This document shows positions 16,368 to 25,546 of a stretch of 32,000 nucleotides of DNA, one piece after another. The stretch is from positions 4,345 to 36,344 of the forward strand of contig MTSL01000095.1 of NCBI GenBank assembly GCA_002794465.1, in the 5' to 3' direction. The DNA is from Paramicrosporidium saccamoebae KSL3 (Eukaryota > Fungi > Cryptomycota). The stretch's first letter is position 1. Each line of letters begins with the position of its first letter. The notes beneath the pieces were generated by a model. That model saw only the letters and a program-made list of their open reading frames with translations, was not told the origin of the DNA and ran no database searches. Made by a program: the position numbers and the translations under genes.

Positions 16368-17813
16368 TCATGTGTTTTGCGTGGATGAGTAGTGCAAAAT
16401 GTGTTTGACGGCTTCATCGCGGGTACCGTCGGGATGTTCATATTGCCAATCTAACAGCTCATTGATCAACAAACCAATCTGTGGGCCTTGGGCTACTCCA
16501 AGCAGCTCATGTAAATCTCGTCCACTAAGCAGCCCTCGCCAGGAATGTGCGTCCTGAAGTCCTAGAGCCGCCACCCGCTTAGTTGCTGCTTCGTATCGAT
16601 GCACTGTGGTTTCATCGTCAATGCCACCGAGCAGAATATGTCGGATGCAAGCCAATTCATAGCCCAGCAACCAATGACGTCCCAGCGACCGTACTAGTCG
16701 TCCCAGCAATCGCGCATCTTGACAATTCGTCTCCACCAGGGCTACAACACGATCAACCTGCGCCACAAGTTGGGTCACATCGGCCACATCCTGATTGGTG
16801 AATTTAAGCGAATCGCGCACAATACACCCCACGAGCGGTTCAGGCATTCGACGGGGTCGATCCACCATTTCCCCAACATGGGGCAATAATGCAGCACAAA
16901 GTAGGGCGAGTCGACGATTGGAACTCCAGCCGAGTCTACGATAGACTCGCAGAATTGTGCCGATGGTCGCATCTTCCGGTAGGGAATAGTTAGTACGATC
17001 CACCCCGGCAGGCAGATCAAAGACCAAATTGAACACTCTCAGTCGATGCATCATCTGTAGTCCCTCGAGAGCGTGTTTATCTCGCAAAATCTTGTCCAAC
17101 TCGGTGCCCACACGCTCGCGACTGATTTTGTTACGAAAGGCAGCATCCACTTCTTCGTCTTGGATGGCCCTTTCCAGGGCGGCATCCGTTCGGAATTGGA
17201 ACCGGGTAGCAAACCGAATAACCCGCAATAATCGCAAAGGATCGTCCATTAGTGTTTCCCGGGGTGGGAGTGGCGTGCGGATAATCTGTTCCTCGAGATC
17301 TGCAAAGCCAGTGCCACAAAAATCCTCCACCTCTTCAGTGTGAATGTTGTAAAAGAGCGCGTTGATGGTAATGTCTCGCCGTTGGGCATCCTGCAATGGT
17401 GTTCCAAACTGAACAATGGGAATGCGCGAATCATCTGAATACGTTTCAGAGCGCAAATTGGCAAAGTCAATGGGATGACCAAAAATGGTGAGGGTAGCCG
17501 TTTCGAGGTGTTTGGAGCGTTCCGGATTGGCCTGAATGACCCCATAGGCGCTGGATGGAATGTCATGCTGTTCCAAAAAGAAACGTAATCGTTCTGCAAA
17601 CTGCTGGCCCATCATGCGGTCAATGGCAATGTCGCAGTCATGTCCTTCCAGGCCCAGTAATTTGTCTCGCACCCATCCGCCGGCCACTCGCAGTGTGACG
17701 TCCAACTCCAGACGGACGCAGCATTCCCGTAGCAGCCCAAAAAGCTTCCGTTCCAACTCATTCAGCGTCAAGCAGTCCCGTGCAGGACGGGTTACTGAGG
17801 GAATGGGCGTCAT
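16368..17813 (-). CDS. CCA1: tRNA nucleotidyltransferase (CCA-adding, class II)
   Basis: LRVAGGWVRDKLLG, DCDIA, DFANLRSETY, DAQRRDITINALFYN, DDPLRLLRVIRFA, KISRERVGTE. First ATG is 17813 (track start 17885 is TTG). Confidence 0.95.
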   Translation of the reverse strand: MTPIPSVTRPARDCLTLNELERKLFGLLRECCVRLELDVTLRVAGGWVRDKLLGLEGHDCDIAIDRMMGQQFAERLRFFLEQHDIPSSAYGVIQANPERSKHLETATLTIFGHPIDFANLRSETYSDDSRIPIVQFGTPLQDAQRRDITINALFYNIHTEEVEDFCGTGFADLEEQIIRTPLPPRETLMDDPLRLLRVIRFATRFQFRTDAALERAIQDEEVDAAFRNKISRERVGTELDKILRDKHALEGLQMMHRLRVFNLVFDLPAGVDRTNYSLPEDATIGTILRVYRRLGWSSNRRLALLCAALLPHVGEMVDRPRRMPEPLVGCIVRDSLKFTNQDVADVTQLVAQVDRVVALVETNCQDARLLGRLVRSLGRHWLLGYELACIRHILLGGIDDETTVHRYEAATKRVAALGLQDAHSWRGLLSGRDLHELLGVAQGPQIGLLINELLDWQYEHPDGTRDEAVKHILHYSSTQNT

Positions 17814-17834
17814 GTAGCCAACCACCCGGGAGAG

Positions 17835-20189
17835 ATGTCGACGCAACAGGCTCAGTGTGCCAGGATGGACAGGGTTAGCGGGCAAGTCGTAGCCCAGTCC
17901 GCCTCATATGACCACTATTTCTTGCTGAAATTACTTCCACTAAATTCCAGCGATGGAGTCTTTCTGGCGGTCCAAGTGCTATTCTGCGATACTGATGTCA
18001 TTCCCTCTCTTATGGAACAGGTCATTTCCATTGACGTTGTACACGTCCGTCCCCCTCTAATCGTCTGTCACTTCAATGGCATCCATCTTGAAATACCTAC
18101 TGCAACGAACAATCTTTCCCCCGCTGTGGACGCTCTGATTGTAAAGGAAGAGATGCGCCATCTTCCGGTGCATTATAAGGGGACGGTTACTGGTTTAATG
18201 GAGGGCGGATATATCATAGACGATGGCCGAAGGGTGCTCAGTTCCCGTCACCTTCAAATTGGGATGGAGTGGACCTTTTATAATCTCGTCTGTCTCTTCG
18301 CGTCTGAAGAAGTTTTGGTGGAATGTCCCATCTTTACGGGCAGTCTGATCCCCGTTTCCTTATCTGGTCGTCGTCAAGAGCTGCGCACATTGCTAAAGGG
18401 AATAGTTTCGAGTTCCTACTTTGATGACGAGTCAAAGTATCAACGTCTTTGTCGACGGTTAGCGGGAGATGATCATGTGAAGCATTTTCTCGATCATTCA
18501 ACCACTGGATCCTGTGTCTTTTGCACGGCTCCGTGGGAATTTCATACCGTTGCTTCATGTACAGCTGGACCAGAAAGCAGGCTTACTGGGCTTTTGCTTG
18601 GAAAGTTGGAAATTTGTGCCAAAACAGGGCGCCTTTACTTGCGCGATTCGACAGGACAGATTGTCATTTATTCCACTCAGTCAATGGCATCGTTTGTTGA
18701 TCATTTGGTCCTCGTTTCAGATAGTGTACTGGTCGCAGAGACTGTCGAGGATATTTCGTTACGATATATTATTGCCAAAAAGATTACTGCAGTGTCATTG
18801 CTCACCAAGGACACAACTCTACTGGATAGATTTGATTTGCTCATCATCAAAGACGTCGGTATGCCTATACTTTTGGACTCTAACAAGCCCATGGTTGTTG
18901 CCATCGACGCTTATCATTTCGGTACTCTTCAGACCCATCGGCTTGAGATGCGGAAACAACAGTCAATAGAGCTGTCCATGTCTGCTTCCTGTCCTGTGCA
19001 AGCTGGCGACATTATCTTGAGGAGAGAGGACATGTTCTGGGTTCTTTTTTACGAGGCGGATGTAAGTCTGGAATCAAAACAGGCCAAAATTTCCTTCCAC
19101 ACGCCCCATCTCGTCAGCATTGTCTGTTCATCCGTAGCGGCAGACTATCTTGCACAATCTCAGACGCTGCTTCGTCAGGATTCGCTTAAAGTGACTGTAG
19201 AATCGAAAACCTTTCGAAAGGGCTCTGAAATTGGCTTGAAAAGCGCCTCCAACATTCGTACGCCCTTTTTCGCCGCCCACGCCATTGGCATTCCTGGTAG
19301 TAAGCATCTCTGTGTGACTGTTCGCACCGCAACAGATAAAATGCAACTCGTCATGAAACCAAATGCCAATTACCTCTATCCCATGTGTCTAGTACCGGGT
19401 GCAGTTATTGAGATTTCAAACGTCAAATCCACAGTTATTGGAGGCGGTGTTGACGGTTCCACGATCCACAGCTCCAAGGTCAGAATGCTCACTCCAACAA
19501 CTCGAACTAATATTCGTCTGGTGGGGTATGATCCTGACTATCAGCCCTCCAGCTCCTTTCCACTACGATTCCTCTACGAGTTGGCATCCGATTCGGCGTT
19601 GGAGGACATTGCTGTGATGGGAAAATTTTTTCGTTTTCTATCATTTCGAGTTACGGGTCATTGTATCAAATGCAGAAATGTCATTCAAAGTCGGAGATGC
19701 ATCGTTCATGGTGTCACTCCCGTCAACTACACTGTGGAAATTGTCCATCTGTTCACTGACAATACTTGGAACTGCGAAATGGTCATTGCAGATCACAAAC
19801 TCATGGTGATGGATTGGGATGCAATTTTTGATTTGTCCCTGGATGGGCCAGTGGAATATGTCGAAGGACAATCAATCGGAGGACATCAAACTCACAAGCA
19901 GCTAACCAGCGAGTCTCAATCCAACAACCCACCAGCCAACAACCCACCAACTAACAACCCACTAATCAACACACAACAATACAACGAAATGTCCAGACTG
20001 CCAGAGTTACTAATGCCCTTGAAGTCAAATGTCCTGTTTATTAGGGACTACACGGTCAAGGCCAAGGTGACATCATCCACACGACGACTACCACGATTGC
20101 AGGCTATTGAGATCGAACCAGTAGACTATGTGGAGCAGACACGCAGACTATTTGCCTTTCTAGATTCTACTGATAAAAGTTGTAATTAG
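17835..20189 (+). CDS. Probable CTC1-like multi-OB-fold protein (CST complex large subunit)
   Basis: LLGKLEICAKTGRLYLRDSTGQI (OB-fold L.D.TG type), YPMCLVPGAVIEISNV (resembles the CTC1 PLGLLPGA motif as I recall it), C-terminal CIKC...C..H zinc ribbon followed by LFTDNT. True start may lie downstream of 17835. Confidence 0.55.
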   Translation: MSTQQAQCARMDRVSGQVVAQSASYDHYFLLKLLPLNSSDGVFLAVQVLFCDTDVIPSLMEQVISIDVVHVRPPLIVCHFNGIHLEIPTATNNLSPAVDALIVKEEMRHLPVHYKGTVTGLMEGGYIIDDGRRVLSSRHLQIGMEWTFYNLVCLFASEEVLVECPIFTGSLIPVSLSGRRQELRTLLKGIVSSSYFDDESKYQRLCRRLAGDDHVKHFLDHSTTGSCVFCTAPWEFHTVASCTAGPESRLTGLLLGKLEICAKTGRLYLRDSTGQIVIYSTQSMASFVDHLVLVSDSVLVAETVEDISLRYIIAKKITAVSLLTKDTTLLDRFDLLIIKDVGMPILLDSNKPMVVAIDAYHFGTLQTHRLEMRKQQSIELSMSASCPVQAGDIILRREDMFWVLFYEADVSLESKQAKISFHTPHLVSIVCSSVAADYLAQSQTLLRQDSLKVTVESKTFRKGSEIGLKSASNIRTPFFAAHAIGIPGSKHLCVTVRTATDKMQLVMKPNANYLYPMCLVPGAVIEISNVKSTVIGGGVDGSTIHSSKVRMLTPTTRTNIRLVGYDPDYQPSSSFPLRFLYELASDSALEDIAVMGKFFRFLSFRVTGHCIKCRNVIQSRRCIVHGVTPVNYTVEIVHLFTDNTWNCEMVIADHKLMVMDWDAIFDLSLDGPVEYVEGQSIGGHQTHKQLTSESQSNNPPANNPPTNNPLINTQQYNEMSRLPELLMPLKSNVLFIRDYTVKAKVTSSTRRLPRLQAIEIEPVDYVEQTRRLFAFLDSTDKSCN
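19921..19965 (+). repeat. 15-nt coding tandem repeat x3 (NNPPA/NNPPT/NNPLI)
   Basis: caacaacccaccagc caacaacccaccaac taacaacccactaat inside the 784-aa ORF. Confidence 0.7.
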
Positions 20190-20240
20190 TGATTGTTACT
20201 GGATCAGATATATTCCAAGACCCATATTAAAGGTCCAACC

Positions 20241-20867
20241 ATGCAATATATACTAATGAAGCCGTGCATTCTGCTGTCCTGGTTGGTCTCGATCCCGCTG
20301 TGTGTCTCCACGGCTGTGGATCTAAAGATCCGCTTCGGTGCTGACCAACTCCATCTGCAAAAAACCGCCACTGCCACCACAGTGACCGTAGGGGTTTCGG
20401 GCCATCGTCTTCCTTACGCCCTTCTCTGGGACGATCAGCATCCCACTCGGGTCAAGGTTGCAGTGGGTAGACGCAGAACTGTCATCCAGATGGATCAGCC
20501 CGATGACAAGTTGTATCGTTTCCTCCTCACTATGCGCTCCCAGTCGCTGCCGTTTTACCGTCTGCTCAAGCTCCTCATTGCTCCTCCCTCTCCACCTCAA
20601 CTTCTCCTACCCCTTCCCCTCCACAACGCCATCCGCTCCATCCCATCAGCAATGCAGATTCTGGTTGGCACGACATTAGACTCCTTTGAGACAACTCAGG
20701 TGCGATGTCTTGTGCCCGAAGTGGTGGATCGCAACCTGACCACTGAAGGGAGCTTTCAACAAAAGAATGGACGGCACAGAGACGTAATTCGGGCAGCACT
20801 TTTGGACGGAAATGTTATAGTCAGGGTATTGATGGCCTCTGATCCAGCCCTCCCCATACTCCACTAA
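20241..20867 (+). CDS. Hypothetical protein with signal-peptide-like N-terminus
   Basis: ORF of ~208 aa from the first ATG (20241); MKPCILLSWLVSIPLCVSTA hydrophobic leader; no family recognised. Confidence 0.55.
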   Translation: MQYILMKPCILLSWLVSIPLCVSTAVDLKIRFGADQLHLQKTATATTVTVGVSGHRLPYALLWDDQHPTRVKVAVGRRRTVIQMDQPDDKLYRFLLTMRSQSLPFYRLLKLLIAPPSPPQLLLPLPLHNAIRSIPSAMQILVGTTLDSFETTQVRCLVPEVVDRNLTTEGSFQQKNGRHRDVIRAALLDGNVIVRVLMASDPALPILH

Positions 20868-21238
20868 GATGCAAATAAATTATCCCTTTTGGTGCGATGG
20901 CATATCCACGGACCAAGAATCAAGGGTCTATTGATGGGTGAGCTTACTTTTATTAAAGTATATTACCTCTTCATATGTAACCATTCTTAATATAACCAAA
21001 CTGAGCTGTGGAGCCGCTATTCGAGTCGGACTCACCAATAACAAGTGGATGTTGTTTAACAGGGTCCTTTAGTGCGCGAGAGCATACCTTTGCTAAAGGC
21101 GTCATTGTAAACCGCCGCACTAGATTGTGGGATGGCCTATCGGGGTTATCAACCATAAACGGATACCGTAACATGACACTTTATTGCAGGACCACATTGT
21201 CCATTCACTCTATTGTGCCCTGAGGTGGACTCTGTCAT

Positions 21239-21460
21239 TCATAAGCCAACCACTAGTTTAATGCAGTACAAAAAGTATCTGATAATCAAGAACTGAACGG
21301 TAGCGACCCAAAGGAAGCCAGTTTCAAAATTGATAAAATTGTGCAAACTTTCAGCTATGGATTCCGCCCCTTGTTGTGGCAAGGGACCCGGGCAGACTTG
21401 GGCGGCATGTGTGTGCACTGTCAGAATCGCCAGTAAGAGTGAAACTATCGTAGCTTTCAT
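21239..21460 (-). CDS. Small signal-peptide plus TM protein, family A (copy A2, 73 aa)
   Basis: MKATIVSLLLAILTVHTHA...NFINFETGFLWVATVQFLII; aligns with A1 (NLVDPETGLL) and A3 (QQGVES..NFANNGFGFL). Confidence 0.75.
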   Translation of the reverse strand: MKATIVSLLLAILTVHTHAAQVCPGPLPQQGAESIAESLHNFINFETGFLWVATVQFLIIRYFLYCIKLVVGL

Positions 21461-21582
21461 ATCCGACTACAGCAAAACACTTAATGCCGCTCCAGGGTGT
21501 GCCAAGGCTTAATTGAGTGAATAAATGCCTCATTGGCTCCGATTTTATGGACTGGCTGACTATCTACACAGGCGTGAGGCGT

Positions 21583-21816
21583 CTACAAGACCCCTTCAAG
21601 CAGAGCGTTAAGAAAATGCATAGCAATAAGGGTGATCAAAAAATACAAGATGGGGTCGCATGAGTGCCCATCTTGGAATCGGGCTAGTGCTTGAATTTCT
21701 GCTCGCCCGTCATTTCTCTTTGGTGGAATTCCTACTCCTGCCGCTTCGACTCCAAAAGCCGCACTGAAAATAAAAAGCATGGCAAGGAAGGTCAAGGCGG
21801 TAAGTCGCAGGCTCAT
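21583..21816 (-). CDS. Small signal-peptide plus C-terminal TM protein B (77 aa)
   Basis: MSLRLTALTFLAMLFIFSAAFG leader and ILYFLITLIAMHFLNALL C-terminal hydrophobic helix; a 3' remnant exists at 11395-11448. Confidence 0.65.
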   Translation of the reverse strand: MSLRLTALTFLAMLFIFSAAFGVEAAGVGIPPKRNDGRAEIQALARFQDGHSCDPILYFLITLIAMHFLNALLEGVL

Positions 21817-21953
21817 CTTGAGTAAAGATTAAATCCTTTTCCGTCTTCAAATGGAACCTGTGACAGTCCTGGCTTACTGCTTGAAAAATCTGCAGTACCA
21901 AATTCCAAACCCAATATCGTTCAAAATACGAGTGTCGCCTAGTGGTTATATAT

Positions 21954-21995
21954 ACCAGTGTCGCCATGTTCCCCCATATGCACTGATCGCACTTT
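21954..21995 (+). promoter_or_regulatory. Conserved 42-nt non-coding block in the divergent promoter region
   Basis: ACCAGTGTCGCCATGTTCCCCCATATGCACTGATCGCACTTT matches the reverse complement of 11289-11330 at 33/42 without gaps. Confidence 0.55.
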
Positions 21996-22071
21996 CATTA
22001 TGTGATTTAGGGGGCTGCCTAATTAAATTAGTGACCCCGGACCGATCAGAACGCAGGACGTAAAAACGACT

Positions 22072-25000
22072 ATGGCACACCGCGTGACCGTACCATATAC
22101 AAAAATACGGGGCTTTACACTCTTGTTATCCGTGCTGTCTAGTATAGTTTTCGCGTCGAGTCTGCACTGGCAGTCTAATAACAACTTATACATTGCTACA
22201 CAGTACGAAAGGTTCTGGCAAGAAACGGTACAAAGGGTCAATCTTGGTGACCAGAACGCGACTGGTAATGCTATCCACCGTTGGAAGAACCGCCCCATAA
22301 CTTTTTCACGGGGAATCAACCAAAATGGAGCAGAAACTATAGTATCTTGGCCACGTAATGCTTTGAATCAGGGGGTCTCAGCATCGTCACATCTTGCTTT
22401 CTCGCTTATTCGGGATTTGACTTTGGGAGAAGTATCAAATTTGGATCCTGAAGCATGCACAGTGTTTGCAAAGTACCTTGACCCGACCCAGTTACAGAGC
22501 GTCAGCACAGAGTGCACGGCACGTCTTGTAGCCAACTGTAACAATCCATTAGTACGTGGGAATTCCGCCCTGTCCCTTCGGGGAATTCCCTACAGTTGGT
22601 TTGTTGGAGAACTTGGTATTCACCTGTTCACCGCTCTGCATGACCATGGTCTCTTGTCAAACTTGCCAGCTATTACGCTATCAACACTATTCTCGACAGA
22701 GCGCTTTTGCAGCTTGCTCAGGGCAGAACACATTGGTTCGGTGGAGACTCCCGAGTATCCACTCAAATCCTTGGCTCCAGAATGTGTGGCAAAGATGCAA
22801 AACTTGGACTGTGTGCCACTTGCGCCGGCGATTGTCGGGGCCATGGGCCCGGCAGCATTTTCAAAGATGGGGGTGCTAGTCCATGCGGACACTTTCAAAA
22901 GAATGTCTGCGATACAATACGCTAGTTATGGTCAGGACGTGCCTGAACTTCCAAGGAAACAATGTGCAGGCCGTCTTGAGTGGCAGGATTTGCTCGCCAA
23001 TGTGGATTACTTGAAAGGATTGCCAAGGCTCTTTGAACCATACGATGTTGCCTATCCAATTCCCGATGTCTCGCTAACAAAAGAAATCTTTGCAGAGCTG
23101 GCAGACCATTCACCGGCAATCGCAGGCCGTCTTCTGGTTGTTCTTCCTGTCTTACCCGACGACATCCTTTCCCTATGTGGTCCGAGGGCACTTTATAGCC
23201 TACGGGCGTACAAATGTCTCCAGTTCATCGACAGCGGAATTGATGTTCTGGGCGACCTTAACCACCATTCAAACAGTCGTCAGATTATCGAAAACATTCC
23301 TTCTGAATATTGCAAGCATCTGAGTCTGGAAGACTACTTAAAGTACAAATGGATCCGCGCCAGTCTAAGTAGCGAATGTCGAGAAAAGTTACCTTTCAAG
23401 ACTGACCCCGAGGCAATAAAACAAGCACCCGAGATGGCTGATGAGAATTACAAGGCAGAGCTTTTTCCAAATGAGCAAAGACACTTTACCACTGAGGAAG
23501 AATTGGGGGCTCTCGTGACGGATATAGCATGGGTTCCTTGCAGTGTCCATAATACTCATGCAGATCTTGAATGTTCTCAAGGACTTTTTTCTGTTCCATT
23601 GGATTACGAGTCACCCAACGGCGAATGGATAAACGTGGAAGTGTATCGATACATTTTTATTGGAGCCAACCCAACATCACAGGTTATAATGCTAGCGGGT
23701 GGTCCAGGTGGATCTGTGTTTCGATATAAATCTTGCACCGATAAAATCTTACGCAGGACGTACGACTCGACAGCAGTGTATTATTACGAACATCGTGGAT
23801 TAGGTGCAAATGGATTCAAACCAGACCACATCTCTGCCCGTCCATTGCATGACATTATCTCCACTGCGCCCTTTGACATGAAATATCTGACTGTTGAGAA
23901 CGCAGCATTGGATGTGAGTCTGTTTGCCAAAGCGATTAAACGCGACATTCCGGCCACAAGCACGCAAGTTGGGCTGTTTGGAGTGTCGTATGGAGCAGCA
24001 CTGGCTCACCATGTGGTGCAGCTGTTCCCAAACATGTTTGATTTTGCGGTATTAGCAGGGGTACCTTCCATCCCTGGAGAAACAGGTATTGATAATTACA
24101 ACGGATTGCTACTCCATTGTCAAATGGATGAATTCTGCAGATCAAAGATTGGAACCGTTGCCGATTTCAAGGCTGTTCTCAAAGAGGTTGCATCTAATCG
24201 TCATTTGAATCAGTGCACCGAATATTTTCACGAAACACTCCGCCTTGAAGAGCAATGGACGGTTGGTAGAAGGATCCGATCGATCGGAGAACAGCTTATA
24301 TCAGACCTAACCAACGCAATGACGGCGCGTCTTTTATTACCAGTGATAAAGTCAACCTTTGACTGTCAGAATTACAGTATCTACAAATGCGCGCTTCACA
24401 GTGTCATGAATTTGAGAACGTCTGCTTATCCTCCTGTACCATTGAAGAAACCCACCGGGCATCATAAGAAGGATGAGTCTAATGATACCATTTTAGATGT
24501 TGTTTCCCTTGATTATCGCCTGAAAGACATGAAGTTTGACATTATCGGAGCGCAGGAAAAGCAGTTAGAGCTATTTTCGAGCCTCACCAAGGAAGACTCT
24601 ACATACGACACTTATCGTCGCGCTGGTGAATGTCTAGCGGGACGACGGCTATCGCAAATCAAACCAGCAGTGACTAGAAAGACCTTTTTTATTATTTTTC
24701 AGAACCTACTGGATCTAGTTACACCATTTCAAGCTGGCGAAAATTTGTTTGCAAAAATTGAGGCCCCCCAGAAATGGCTCATTAGAACTGATTCCCATCA
24801 GCATTCCTACTCAGAGGTGCTCATGGCGATTCTGGTTCAGGGGGCTACCTTTGGTGGAAATATTATGTTCAATGAGCTGCAGGCTAAAGTCGGTACTACG
24901 GATATTGGCCTTCCGGGCTTTTGGGACTTGAGCAGTCTGCCAGCCGTCAAGGGAATTTGGGACATTGTCAGCGACATTAAACACAAAACCGAAGCCCCAA

Positions 25001-25488
25001 TTGTTCCTCCAAGAATAATGAAAGTGGGCTCAATCAAAATTGCCCAGTTCCGATCCATCATGGCCTCATTTAGAAACAGATTGACCTGGGGTCCCTCAAA
25101 AGAGGCATCACCCACTGTCAATGTAACGGTAGGGTGGTTTGTCCCTGGTAAAAACGGCATTAAGATGAACAAGTTTCAACCGAAAGGGACTCAGTCTATC
25201 CGTCACATAATTGTGTTCCCAAGGATTGATGAATCGCGGCAGCAACTCATTCAGCGCCTTTTTGGCATAATCGATCAACTCCAATGTTCTGTTTACGTCC
25301 TCTGTGCAAAGGCTGCTATCAAGGCCGACCCAGAAAATCTCTCACTGATTACCCGTGAATTGTTACTCTTTGCTACTGCGATTCGTAATAACGATCCTGA
25401 CATTATGTTTCAAATGGACCAGCCTCCTGATGATCCGGAACTGCCTCTGAAAATGGCGCAGCTGTTTCCAGGCCTGTTCATAGCTTAA
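22072..25488 (+). CDS. Secreted alpha/beta-hydrolase family protein, copy 3 (longest, with ~150 aa C-terminal extension)
   Basis: ECSQGLFSVPLDYESPNGEWINVEVYRY (TAP-like entry motif), VIMLAGGPG, YEHRGLG, GVSYG, QNLLDLVTP, HQH; hydrophobic N-terminus. Confidence 0.92.
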   Translation: MAHRVTVPYTKIRGFTLLLSVLSSIVFASSLHWQSNNNLYIATQYERFWQETVQRVNLGDQNATGNAIHRWKNRPITFSRGINQNGAETIVSWPRNALNQGVSASSHLAFSLIRDLTLGEVSNLDPEACTVFAKYLDPTQLQSVSTECTARLVANCNNPLVRGNSALSLRGIPYSWFVGELGIHLFTALHDHGLLSNLPAITLSTLFSTERFCSLLRAEHIGSVETPEYPLKSLAPECVAKMQNLDCVPLAPAIVGAMGPAAFSKMGVLVHADTFKRMSAIQYASYGQDVPELPRKQCAGRLEWQDLLANVDYLKGLPRLFEPYDVAYPIPDVSLTKEIFAELADHSPAIAGRLLVVLPVLPDDILSLCGPRALYSLRAYKCLQFIDSGIDVLGDLNHHSNSRQIIENIPSEYCKHLSLEDYLKYKWIRASLSSECREKLPFKTDPEAIKQAPEMADENYKAELFPNEQRHFTTEEELGALVTDIAWVPCSVHNTHADLECSQGLFSVPLDYESPNGEWINVEVYRYIFIGANPTSQVIMLAGGPGGSVFRYKSCTDKILRRTYDSTAVYYYEHRGLGANGFKPDHISARPLHDIISTAPFDMKYLTVENAALDVSLFAKAIKRDIPATSTQVGLFGVSYGAALAHHVVQLFPNMFDFAVLAGVPSIPGETGIDNYNGLLLHCQMDEFCRSKIGTVADFKAVLKEVASNRHLNQCTEYFHETLRLEEQWTVGRRIRSIGEQLISDLTNAMTARLLLPVIKSTFDCQNYSIYKCALHSVMNLRTSAYPPVPLKKPTGHHKKDESNDTILDVVSLDYRLKDMKFDIIGAQEKQLELFSSLTKEDSTYDTYRRAGECLAGRRLSQIKPAVTRKTFFIIFQNLLDLVTPFQAGENLFAKIEAPQKWLIRTDSHQHSYSEVLMAILVQGATFGGNIMFNELQAKVGTTDIGLPGFWDLSSLPAVKGIWDIVSDIKHKTEAPIVPPRIMKVGSIKIAQFRSIMASFRNRLTWGPSKEASPTVNVTVGWFVPGKNGIKMNKFQPKGTQSIRHIIVFPRIDESRQQLIQRLFGIIDQLQCSVYVLCAKAAIKADPENLSLITRELLLFATAIRNNDPDIMFQMDQPPDDPELPLKMAQLFPGLFIA

Positions 25489-25546
25489 CATTTAAAGGTG
25501 AGAATGGTCACTGCCAAGTTGTACGGAAGCTCTTTCGTGACTTGCT

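Noticed and set aside
19921-19975. Telomere-like repeat within the CTC1-like gene
   Set aside because: An in-frame low-complexity 15-mer (NNPP); not a TTAGGG-type repeat.
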